Below are positions 52,298 to 64,000 of a stretch of 64,000 nt of DNA, in pieces. The notes under the pieces are model-generated. The model ran no database searches. It saw only the letters and a program-made list of their open reading frames with translations, and was not told the origin of the DNA. The stretch's first letter is position 1. Each line of letters opens with the position of its first letter. The position numbers and the translations under genes are program-made. The DNA comes from Balanoglossus misakiensis (lineage: Eukaryota > Animalia > Hemichordata), in the NCBI GenBank assembly GCA_040954595.2, contig CM082596.2, forward strand, positions 6,708,791-6,772,790. The letters run 5' to 3'.

Positions 52298-54096
52298 CAC
52301 ACCACAGACTTGCATGTACTATAAGTAACACACCTTTAAGGGGGATTACACGAGTCAACGGTGTGACCAGAAAGATACTGTCTAAGCGCATCAGTTCTTC
52401 AAGTGTGAAAAACACCTCTCAGAAAACTAAAACACCACGAACTCCTTCACGGGTATCACCTACGCATCGCTTGAGAGTTTTAAACAGTGATGTCGTCAGA
52501 TTGTATCTGTCCATCCAAGAGATAGTTGTATATTGCTCTCGCAAATGTTTTTTTTTTTTACGGATAGTTGAGTTGATGTGATGTAGAGTCACGTCAGGAG
52601 TGGTTAGGTGAAGAACTTGCATAAAACATGAAATGGAGATGCGGAATTATGTATTTGGGTGAAATCAACTATGATTGAAAAACACTTTTTTTCAGAGGAT
52701 GGGTTGACTACACAAATGTCTGTGTTGAGGCGTGCTGCTTGGAATGTGCCAAACCCAGAGCAAAGAATAGGTAAGTTAAATCTTTGATATTTTTTGAGTC
52801 CGAGAGAACACCTCTTTCTTAAGTGAGAGCAAAGTAGTCTACCAATTAAAAATTTAATATGGATACAAATGATGTTTGAAAAGCTGATGCGAGGTCATAC
52901 ACACTCGAAAAACTTCATTTAGTTTTTTTTTAATCATGAAGTTCATTCTATTGATAGATCATTTGCTATTTGCCTTCTGAAAGGACATCTCTGTCTTTTC
53001 CATGGTTATGGTACATTGCTGCTCATCAATTAATGAAGTAATTAATTAACCGAGAAATTGAACGGTGACATTAAATATTGGCTGCTTATAGAGTGCCCTC
53101 TAGATACAGATATTGCCAAGGCTCTGTATAAGTACATGCAAATTTTTGTACAAATGTTTCACCTTTAATCAGTAGTGTGGTCCCATTGACATGTATTCAA
53201 ATTTGGTGTTCTCATTAATAAAGCCATGAGTCACAAATTTGGAAGCACGCAGTTTGTTTTGATTTCACACCTTGCTAATAAATAGGACGGCAACCCCTGG
53301 ATTATGAGATGGATTTCTCAAAGACGCACTTTTGACTTCCCAAGCACACACAAGCCCTACTTGTACATGTACTCTTGGGGTCTCTCATCAAACACGTTAC
53401 GTACGCGACAAGCGCCGAAGAAAAAAAAAAGATGAACGAGGTCAGAGCCATTGCTATCAGTTTGATCTCGTTCGAACGAACCCAGGAGACTTGAAATGTG
53501 AACACACATCTCGGAGAGTCAAAAACCTATCAATCAGAACTCGGGACAGACCAGCCATCTTGAATTATGAATGAGACGTATTAAACGCAGAAACGACACG
53601 CTGCAAGAAAACTCGCGGCGTCTCAGCTGCGGGCCGGGTTGCCTAATTGACTGCAATATTTATACGAATTTGTCATCAATTTTTCAACACGACTCGGCTG
53701 TGACGTGCAGAGGAACGTGTGTGTATTCAGTCGTTGATCATCATTTAGAACTGGGGGGAAATTAGTTTCAATTTACAGAACTCATGATTTTCAAAGAAGA
53801 CTAAAGAAATATAGCCAAGAGGGTATGCTGATCAAATATATTTCTTTAATACGAATTCCCTTCCAGACATAATCACCAGTTGCAATTAAAGGACAAAGTT
53901 GCTCACTTTTGACATTTGAGTTATTTTGGTTTCTTGCCTCTGAAAATATCATTGCTAAAAACAGGATGTCACAACTCAACACTAAAAATAACCATTGAGC
54001 TGTTATCGTCTTCCCGGCACAAAAAGACCTTGCCCTCGTGGGCATTACTGTAATGCCCATATCAGACTCCAGACTCTGAAGCACAGTATACACATT

Positions 54097-54297
54097 GAGA
54101 CATTTTAAGAACCAACAACAAAGGCTGCAGAATCACCAGTTGGGAAAAACCCACATCCCTTGGAAGAAGCACTTTCAGTCGCTGTCTGCAAAGCGGAGAC
54201 ATTTTTTTAAGAACCAACAACAAAGGCTGCAGAATCACCGGTTGAAAACAAAACCACATCCCTTGGAAGAAGCACTTTCAGTCGCTGTCTGCAAAGC
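54097..54297 (+). repeat. Tandem duplication, two ~100-bp units (54097-54194, 54196-54297)
   Basis: gagacatttt..aagaaccaacaacaaaggctgcagaatcacc..ccacatcccttggaagaagcactttcagtcgctgtctgcaaagc occurs twice. Confidence 0.9.
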
Positions 54298-57200
54298 ATA
54301 GCCTTTCCCCAAAGCTCTCCCGGTGCAGGCAGCAAATCAATATTCTCTCGCTGATATGATTACAACCCTCAGAAGAAAAGGCCGCTCACAGCCTCATCAC
54401 TTCCCGTTCAACAACTCAGAACCAATCTTCCTCCAAATGACGAAGATGATTACGTGCCAGACGCATTCCATGGCCGGTCGCGGCTTGCATCATTTCTCCC
54501 ATTCTAGGACAACAGACAAGGCAATTCCAAACTGATGACACGATTCCCCTTTTTTCTGTTCCAAGGATATCATTTCAATGGATTGAAATGCCCTTTTTTT
54601 CTTGGTGGTAAAATACACAGACAATCCAGGTATGCACAATATATCAAGACACCTCGACATAAACAGAAGGAATTTGTGACACAAACTTACGCACATACAA
54701 ATCTCTGCTCTCCACTTCTCCATTACAACGAAGGCCCAGTACTCGGAACATGACAATTTGTTCTTACACGACAAATACACAAAAACCTATCAGATATAGC
54801 GAAGATAATTGTAACAACAGTTTCTGCACTAAATACCAATTACCTAAATGAACTAATTATCATTAGCCCACACATTGAACTAATTATCATCAGACCACAA
54901 TTCAGAGTCAAGTTTGTATTTTAAAGGACTACAAACTCAAAACCAATGTTTGACGACAGTCGCACATGAGGTCAACAAACTGCTATTTCACGTCATGTCA
55001 TTAAAGGATGATTATCAATTATCTAAATATAGAAAACAGCGTTATCTCTCATGGCTTTTATTACCAGACACAAATTGAAATAGACTTGAGGCTGATGAAT
55101 CGTTTTTCAATTAATCTTTGGCCACAGTATCATCTCAACAATCTACAACCGTCTGTAGAAAGGGAACGTAGGGCTGCTGATCACAACAGCAGCTATTCCC
55201 ATGGTGAGCTGTAAAAAAAAAAGTTGACGACAGAAACTATCCTAACGACTTTTAAAAATCAATTAATTTGTAACAGTTGCCACACAAGTGATATGAAATG
55301 GACATTCTGCAAAGACTGAAAGGCTAGCACACAGTGCCCTCATATATAGATCCACCCATGATTCCATGCAAAAAAAAACAAAGTAATTTTTGACCTTGGT
55401 TTCAAGATGGTGCTGTTTATGTGTTTATATGAATGGAACATGGATAACCACCTTTTCAAGACACGCAGGAACAGATGCAGCCTTCTCCTCACCCAGGAAA
55501 ACAAAGTAAGTAGGTGACAAAATTTTGGCCTCATGATGGCGTAGTGTCAATCCCAGAAAGAATTCCTCGAACCACCCTACTGTGAGACACACAGACATCT
55601 TTGAGACGATTCTACACAACAAGATGGAGGGGAAAACAGTACTGTGCCACCTAGAGTTTGCAAACAAAAACATTGAGTACTTGGACAATGAAACGCCTTA
55701 GAAATACATTGAATTTTTACACTGTCAAGTGACAACCACTTTCACAGAAATGAGAATAACTTTCATAAGACAGAATGCAAACAATTTAATGCCAGATCTT
55801 CTTGGCGTACATTTCAAATGGTTACACACACTTGACTTCTGTTCAGTTAGGCTCCAAAAATGATTTTACCATTAATTAATGGGGTGCAATGGTGTTTGGA
55901 GGATAGATGTCTCATTTAGAGAGACGTGTCGCAACTGCTGTGGGCCGTCTGAGAATGGAACATGTGGCATGGTTCTGGTTCATGAACCAGGCAGTAAAAA
56001 ACATGAAATTCAATCAATATGATAAAGTAATTATGATGAGTAATTATTGATGGGGATTTCTTATGACAGCCCTTTATTTGACTGACCTTTGACCTCTCGG
56101 TCGTTCACATAAAGATTTATGTTTACAATATAATACCGGAGTGTCAATTTTACTCTTAGTGGAGTGGGCCACTTGTTCTCGGGCAATTTGGGCTCAATTT
56201 ACGACCTGTGTAGCTGTTAAAAGGAATTGAAATTATAACGACTAATATGGAGAGTGGTTCTCTTTTTCTCTGTGAATGAGTTTTCCTTTCTTCTAAGTGC
56301 TGTTGGATAATTTCAAATTCACATTCAGTATAATATCCCCTATGAATATTCATCAGTAATTGTCCGATGCTTATTTGAATAATACTCAGTTATCTTTACA
56401 GTTGACTGCGGACATGCCAAATAAATTATGCATGCAGACAATTAAAAATGGGGACAGATCTAGGATTAATTTAATTTTTTGAAAAGCCAAGCTAAAAATA
56501 AGAGCAACCAATGTTATATTAAAGTTCCCATCCCAACGTGTAATGCTTATATATAAATATTACCTGACAAAACACATTAGCTTCAAATTTGTTTAATGTA
56601 TTCTATGGCCGACACAGCATCTGCTTAATTGCCAGATAATGATTCATTATTTGAGTAACTATTATTATTGCCATCCAATTTCACAGTATTATTTTCACAG
56701 TAGGCTGCCATGTTTGCTTGTACACGACCAAGTTAAATCTCTTGAAAACTTGGATTAAGAATTTATGGACTAAGAATACATGTATACTGATCTTTTGTTA
56801 AGGAAAGATAGGTTCGACAAAGAGTTAAAATATCTTGGGGCCGTTGACATCATTTCAATTGATGTGTGGCCAACAGAATTCCAAACTCAGTCTAGCATGC
56901 ACAAACTCTGTGCTTCTTTTTCAGCTGGTAATAATTCATGCATGCATCGTAAAAAACTGCGGTTACAAAACAAACGTCCATACCCTGAATTAACTTAGCC
57001 TTTTTACACGTAGAGAATAAACGCTGTCACCCCTATTATGCGTAAATGGTTAATGCAGGTCAATAGGATACACCCATTGTTTGTGAGGTCAGAGAGAGCA
57101 TTCCAAATACAAGAGGGGGAGGAAACCAATTAGGTGACTCGGGAGGGGTGAAGCATCTGTCATCTTATCTGGGCTTTTTTTTATTCTTACAAAGCCTCCA

Positions 57201-60200
57201 CTGCATCTAGAACTGAATAAGCTAAACCTTTTATTTTTCCTCTTGAGAGAGTGAAAATTTGTCTTTTACCACTATTTCAAATGATCACAAATCACAATCA
57301 TATTTTTGCAAATTAAAAAGCAACTCTCATAAGTTTTTACTTTCAACAAATATAGATACATATATTATCAGAATTCAAATCAGATAAATACTTTCATATC
57401 GTCATCATCAATCCAAAAGGAACATAGAATTCATATATACAAGTATTAGTCATGAAAAATTGGTCACCACAGATATGCTTCAACTAATCCACGATCCTAC
57501 TTAGTGCACATAGCACACATACATTTTGCATAAATCAAACTGCTCAAACAAAAGATTGGGCAAGCCCCCATACTTTGAATTCTTGAAATGTTACCACAAG
57601 ATGGGCAAGTCCCATTTAAACTCTATACTAAATATTCCTCCTGAGTACTTATGGCCACAGAGGTTATCAAAAGTCATAACTATAAAAAATCCAAGTCACA
57701 GATATCACAAATTTACACGAATAAGGGATTATGGACGGTGTGTGACTATAATACTTTTACCAAAAATAAATCACGCAATAAATTTATTTCAGAAGCTCGT
57801 TCAGTAATGACTGCCTGAAATAAACATTGGTGTCAAACACAAAGAGTATTGGTACTTGACCTTTGACCAATGACCTGGCAGTCAGCCAATGAACTACATG
57901 TACACTGCTCAGATATTTGAACTGGCCCATACATTTTCACATATATTTTAGTCTCTCCCTAAGATCTTCAAACAAGATTGTTCAATTCACCAGATAGTTG
58001 AAATACTTGACTCATTTTATCACCAACACACATTCTCAACTGCCATGTACTCCTGTCACAGGAAACAGCCAGTGTGGTGATGTGAAACACAACGAACTGG
58101 ATATGATATAAATCATCATAATTTTTTTGAAAAGAATTATGTTTTTTCCTGATATTAACACAAAAGTGAAACCGCCACAGTTACAATAATAATCTAAGAA
58201 CCATTTCCCATCCTAGATCAAACATGTTTGTAACTGTGAAATATAAAGGTGTATATTCAGTGCATTGCACTTGTAGTCAAGGCCACATTTGGGTATTACT
58301 ATACCTTTGGCTCTTAAAACAACCACAGAATATACAATGTAAGTATCTATGTCATTTCATCTGAGTCATACACACGTAATTCTTCTACGACTCACAGTCG
58401 CCATGGCGATGTGTGTCCTTCTACATCTGAATTCCCACCTGTGCTCTGTGTCAAACAGTCAGCCCCACGCTGTTTCATTCAATATGTCATCCCCGCCACA
58501 GCAGTGATGGAGGGGTGAATCACCGATTATTGACACGCCAGTGATGGAGCTGCAACAAGAGATGTCACTGCAGGCTTTTCTCATTTTCTCTACAAACCTC
58601 AATTCAAATACACCCAGTCACTAGCTATATTGCCCCCTCCCAAATGTAGACATCAGATAAATATTGGAAAGTCTGACTGCAGCGGCCCTGAGACCTGGAT
58701 CACATCCATTATTACGATTCAAGTATCCTTCACAAACACTCACCATGAAACCACCCACCTTCACAAACATTTAACTATCAGCATCAGATGGCGTATTGCT
58801 TTTCTTAGCCAGGATCTTCAACAGTCATATTTATTTCGGAAAACGTCACCACATGTACATGTAAATGTGCATCTATGACTCAATGTCATTGACCTTACTA
58901 AACGTGCACAGGTACATTTCAGAGGTCTGTGAAAATTGACATACATTTTACCACATCCGAAATTCACACATATGCACTACATATATCTTGGCTAAAACTT
59001 CAAATTTTGGAATTGTAGTCATTGTTGACGATGTCTAAACCAGCTATACGTTTTATACACAACCACATTTATTAATAATGATTAATAAACTCCAATATCT
59101 GAAATTAAGTTGCTTTCTCTCATCAATGGTGATTCCTGAACCACTCACATCCCATGAATGAGAAGATAACAGATCAACGCTCAGGTTATACGCAGATAAC
59201 AGTAACGTTGAGAGCCACCCAACGACACTTGTGCTAGGGTGTGGTGGCATCAGAGATGATATCGAAATCACAGTAAACACCCAAATAGCTCTCAGCTACA
59301 GTGTACCTGTGTAAGTTCATCTGACAGTGCTGGGCCGTCACATTTCTTATCTTCTGCCACAAACAAGGATCTAATCAGATGACCTCTCCTGATACAATCA
59401 AGTGGACGAGATGATTGCAAAATACATTGTATTACTTGGTCACCAATAAATTTAGGAGAATTTTGAATTTTATCCTAAGAGCTGAGAAATACATAAATTT
59501 GCTGACTAATATTTCTATGGATGGTTTCAAGCCACTGACTGTTATGCAACATTGTAACAGAAACTGAGGATTAAGACAATATCAAAATTGTCAAATGTCT
59601 TTGTCTCTAAATATGAATCAATGTGTTTGATGAGGGCAGCAAAATAATCAATACGGGGCCAATCATGGCTCATTTATTTTGCAGAGTTATCTATTGACAA
59701 GTTGTAACATTTCAATATTTATTCCTTCAACTTGAGATGATGGCAATCTCTGTACATTAAACCATGTGATTGTCTTTTATAGATAAAACAAACCCTGCCA
59801 ACACATTTCATTTCATTTCATAAGCAGGAACAGAACACTTGGCCATGCAATGCTGCTAACATGGCACTACATGAATGTAATATTCTGTATTTATATGTCC
59901 CCACATGTCCTGCATAAATCATCTCCCTGTCTGTTTCCTCGCTGCATTTCTGAAATTTGCAATATGAAATTGAAATCCAAACACAGCTGTGAGGACAAGC
60001 AGCTCTTTCACCCTGCTCTCCTATAAAATAATAAATGTATACATGACCAGCCATGCAGATGACAGGCAAGTATTTTGTACATGGGTGAAATGACTAAAAT
60101 CCATAAAAAGGGCTAAAAGTAAGTGTGCAAACTACAGCGAAGGAAACTAGGCGATCCGTTGAAATTTAAATTTTGTAGTATATAAAGATTATTTTCATAA

Positions 60201-62435
60201 TATGCTGAACAAATGGTGTTCAATGGGCTCTCAAAATACCATTTGAGTTCTTTACGATGCAAAGAAGTTTTCACAGCAAATTACACACAAGTTGAGCAGA
60301 CTAGTTTAACCTGCCATTAACAATTCAGCAAACTGTGTTAATCATTTTCTGTATGAAGACCCCCAAAAATAATTCAGGGTTGGTAAAAAAAACTTCACAG
60401 GAATGCGACTCGGCCAAATCAAATGAGCAAAGAGTCGACAATCAAATTAGCCAAGAAACGAGTTCAAAGGCATGCCACACTACGATACAACACCACCACC
60501 CCCAAAAACTGGGCCACACTTGCTAGTTGCTTGGCACGTCAGCCCTTTCATAAACTTTACCTCTAATTGATCTGTCAAGCGAGATGTGATAAATGCCGGC
60601 CTGTTGAACTCGGCCCTAAATAGGGTAACAAATTGGGGTGATCGGCATTGACCTCCAAAGACGTACTTTTTAAACATAGCGGCCACCTGCGGTGATCAGC
60701 AGTGCATTTGGAACCGTGGATGAAAATGCCTTTTGAGGAAATGGTGTGCCACTGCAGACTTAGAATAACTTTCAAACAAAACATTTATGCCTACTAGTAC
60801 AATGTACATACCGAAATCACTGCATTTGTACCTTGTACATGTACCGGTACTCCTACACCAACCGAATTGCAGTTTCATAGCAAAGGCAAGAGCTTAGACA
60901 ACAATAACAAACAGAATGGCCTCCTCCCTTTAATTGCTGATATCCTGTACCGCCTTGTAAAACACAGGTTACATGATTATCAGGTCACTGTGTGTGTATT
61001 GCATGTATTTGTGTAAAGAGCCAATATGTTATAAAATGTATTTTTAGAAGTGCTTCTGATTACCCACGGGAACTCCCATACCAGTGAATTCTACCATCCT
61101 GAATCCAATGTTTATTGATATGACCCCAGTCACCCCAAGGGTGGCTTCTACAGACACAACATACACCAATTATCCGCATGTTGATTTGAATAACCACAAA
61201 CACCCGGCATGTATCCTTATAAGAGTGGTAGGCCTGTAGCAGGCTTGTAGTACAGTCAAATAGTATCTTTTAAGTTATGGATGGTTGGCTTCAAAATGGC
61301 TTCCATGTAAAATTTGAGATTCTCCAACCAAATTATCAGTCTCTATCATCAACATTAGGTTTCAAGATGGCTGCCATGATGTATCTGTCAAGTCTACATT
61401 ATTATTTGTTAAATTATTTTCTAGAATGTAAGAGTACATAGCTTTGATACATGCAGCCAATACAAGCTGCAACAATACAGCAAAGAATGGGGAAATGTGA
61501 ACAATTTTTCTGTACTCTCTCTGAAAAAATACCTCCCCAAGATGAATTCAAAATCATGATTTATATAGTTCTCCACAACACCCACTGTGTGGAGAGCAAT
61601 CTATAACATGCAGCCTGAAACAGTATGTGCATAAAACTGGGGAATTATCTTTAAATACCCTTTCTCCTTAATCTATTCTATCTAATCTAGCCACTGTTTT
61701 TTCTGTACAGCATGGTTACGTGACAGCACTGTGGAACTGACCTAGACGAGAGGGGTTAAATTCTCCTCTGGGAAGCTTGACAACAACAGCCTACATTAAA
61801 GGGCACATGATGAGTAGTAGAAATTCTGAGTCATCGCGCATCAAGCACACTTGACAGACCGCGGAAAACTAAACCGCCAGCATGCTGACTCAGTGAGCTA
61901 CGAATCACGGCCTCTTATGACTGCAAGATTCAAAACAGAAAACAAACTCTTTAATCTCAAAAGTATTTCAAACAGTTGTCGAATGTTTATCTGTTTTAAA
62001 AAAAATAACTTCTCATGGCAGAGTGTGTATGCGTGCTATTTTGAAAATTGACCCGGTAGTGATGGTCAAATATCACAACAATTATCTGTAATGCATGGTC
62101 AGTATTGGTTTACACACAGATACCAACTAATAAAACGTCCATTGAAAAATCCACCGCGATCAAATTTCTAATTTTACTTGCGGTCGGAAATAGATATGCC
62201 ACACTCGTTTAAATAGATGTTTGCCAGTCAAGACCTCTGGCATCGATTATTTTCATTTTATTTTTTTTACAACGGATACAAAGAAAATTGATTGTAACAT
62301 AATGACGGATTTCGGAGAACTTAAAAAAAATGAATTTGAAGTGTGACATTCAGCGATCTATTACTTGAATAAATGGAACCAATATCACCATGGTTTTGGT
62401 GAAACTGAGGATTCCCCCCACCGTCATAAACAAGG

Positions 62436-62527
62436 TAAACCCCAACCCCATTTCCTTCTACAGATACTCAACTTTTCATAGAATCCAATTTGGATATGGA
62501 CCTAACCATGGTGGTACAAGAGTTTAA
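62436..62527. mobile_element. Degenerate copy of the TTAA-MITE family
   Basis: cccca.ttcc....catagaa...ggacc.aaccatggtggt..a.gagtttaa resembles the 4980 copy. Confidence 0.45.
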
Positions 62528-64000
62528 AAAATCTCAGGATTTGGATTCATTTTTATGACAATCTTGCAATAACAGTCGTGTATTTAGATGTGTACTTAAA
62601 GGACTCATGACTGTACTGGTAATCCTGAATAAAATATTTCAAATCGGGTGATTCATGCAATGGTGTTTACTTTACACGGGGCAATTTGACATCAACCGTT
62701 ATGTAGTTGTACAGCCTGTGCAAAATTAAAAAGCCTGCTGTATGAACCTGTGTGCACAACAAAGCTAGTGGATGCTAAAGTCGGCCGTGTGACTCACATT
62801 TAGTAATTTGCAACACTATACAAAATATGTTGAAAGACCAGGACGCTGCGGTTTCACAGCGGAACAGTTGGTTGCATTGAGACATCAGAGTTAATCGTTG
62901 AAGATGGGCGGTAATTGGGTGTGTGCAATACGCATTCTGTGTGTCAAATATTTCCGTTTCCAATGTCAAAGCACTCGTGATCAGTGCCCAGGCAAACAGC
63001 GAAATTTTCACTCTGACATCCCCTACATGTACACACATCGCTGAGTGCAAAATCTCATGATGGTGTCTTTCACAAGTGATCTCAACTACAGAAGCATCAA
63101 GCAACTGGATCATGGTGCCCACAACTGTGGTCTGTCTGTCTGTTTTTTCCCCTATTTTTTCTTTCATTGTGGTATTTTTTATTTGTTTCTGGTGTGAAGT
63201 ATTTAACAAGCACTGATTTAAACCACCTGGCAGTCTTTTTTTCAGTTTGATATTAAAACTCTAACATAAACACTCCAAAAAGACAGGTTGCTTTATTTTT
63301 CATTTTTGCATAGCATGCAAGACAGAGAAGGCCACAAGTATCACCAAATATATCGCCTTCACTTGACGTACATCAGGAATACCCGAAATCTATTCACATG
63401 TTCCAATTTTCCACTCAAAACCAACAGGCACGTCTGTCCTTGGCACATTTCTGACTTGTGACCCACAGTCCCAAATAATGACCTTCAGCCTTTGTACTGT
63501 TGAGTGACTTGTGAACAACCAGGCCTGGTCACAAGTTGCCAATAGCAACAGCTCAGTACAGACACACAAACAGGCCTGTCAGGATAAAATATCATCATGT
63601 ACCCATACAGTGATGGCTGAACTTACTGTACAACTCCACTTGCTATGTTTACAGAATTGAATTTTAAATAAACTCACGTAACGCAGCACTGGATTTCTAT
63701 TTCATGGCATTCCTCAGTGTACAGTGTATCATCAGATTAAACAAAATACTTTCGAACACCCTGCTGACTTTTAGTAAACATTTAATCCACGGAGCAAAAA
63801 TATCTACACATATCATGCTATGCATAAAATATACAAGACTGAAACAGACACAAGCACCCGGAATGTTATCTTGGTAATGGATTTTATACACAGGATGCGA
63901 TCTTGATTCAATCGTTTCTGCGACTAGTTTTAATGTACACCAGAACTGATATTACATACAGCTGCAACATGCAATAACATGTTGCGTGCAACGCTTTCGC

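Noticed and set aside
56083-57876. TGACCTTTGACC nuclear-receptor DR1-like motifs (also near 22190)
   Set aside because: Few instances and no independent support for function
58744-58770. MFVKVGGFM with ATG|gtgagt phase-0 donor
   Set aside because: Too short and uninformative; such donors are expected by chance in 35 kb
61651-61759. Possible further TTAA-MITE
   Set aside because: Only weak terminal similarity; interior does not match the other copies
1-64000. Prokaryote-style systems (operons, CRISPR, retrons, rRNA/tRNA)
   Set aside because: The sequence is a spliced eukaryotic gene; I saw no regularly spaced repeat-spacer array or recognisable RNA gene

Overview
Eukaryotic genomic DNA: AT-rich, intron-rich and animal-like; an invertebrate deuterostome origin is my inference, not established. 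The whole window is the middle of one minus-strand gene, a neurabin/spinophilin (PPP1R9A-like) PP1-targeting scaffold. I reconstructed 13 core exons by hand with GT-AG boundaries and matching phases (28595 down to 1128; 2117 nt, ~705 codons). They encode the RVxF PP1-docking site, PDZ domain, coiled coil, acidic/Pro-rich linkers and a neurabin-1-like 'FN..PET.RLD' motif. The N-terminal actin-binding exon(s) and the C-terminal exons (SAM expected) lie outside the window. The main finding is a predicted isoform switchboard hidden in the introns: (i) a second 114-nt exon (24643-24756) supplying its own RVxF motif (KRVHF) in exact register with the canonical RKVQF exon; (ii) a candidate first exon encoding MPICCCCCIC (43686-43796), a likely palmitoylation anchor; (iii) frame-preserving 27-nt and 33-nt microexons with Rbfox/Nova-type motifs nearby; (iv) a possible mutually exclusive 47-nt exon; (v) candidate terminal exons. 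Also present are a TA-flanked MITE inserted into a 5' splice site, a TTAA-flanked MITE family with an inverted pair bracketing an exon, and many RFX X-box-like palindromes. All alternative exons are sequence-based predictions that need transcript evidence.
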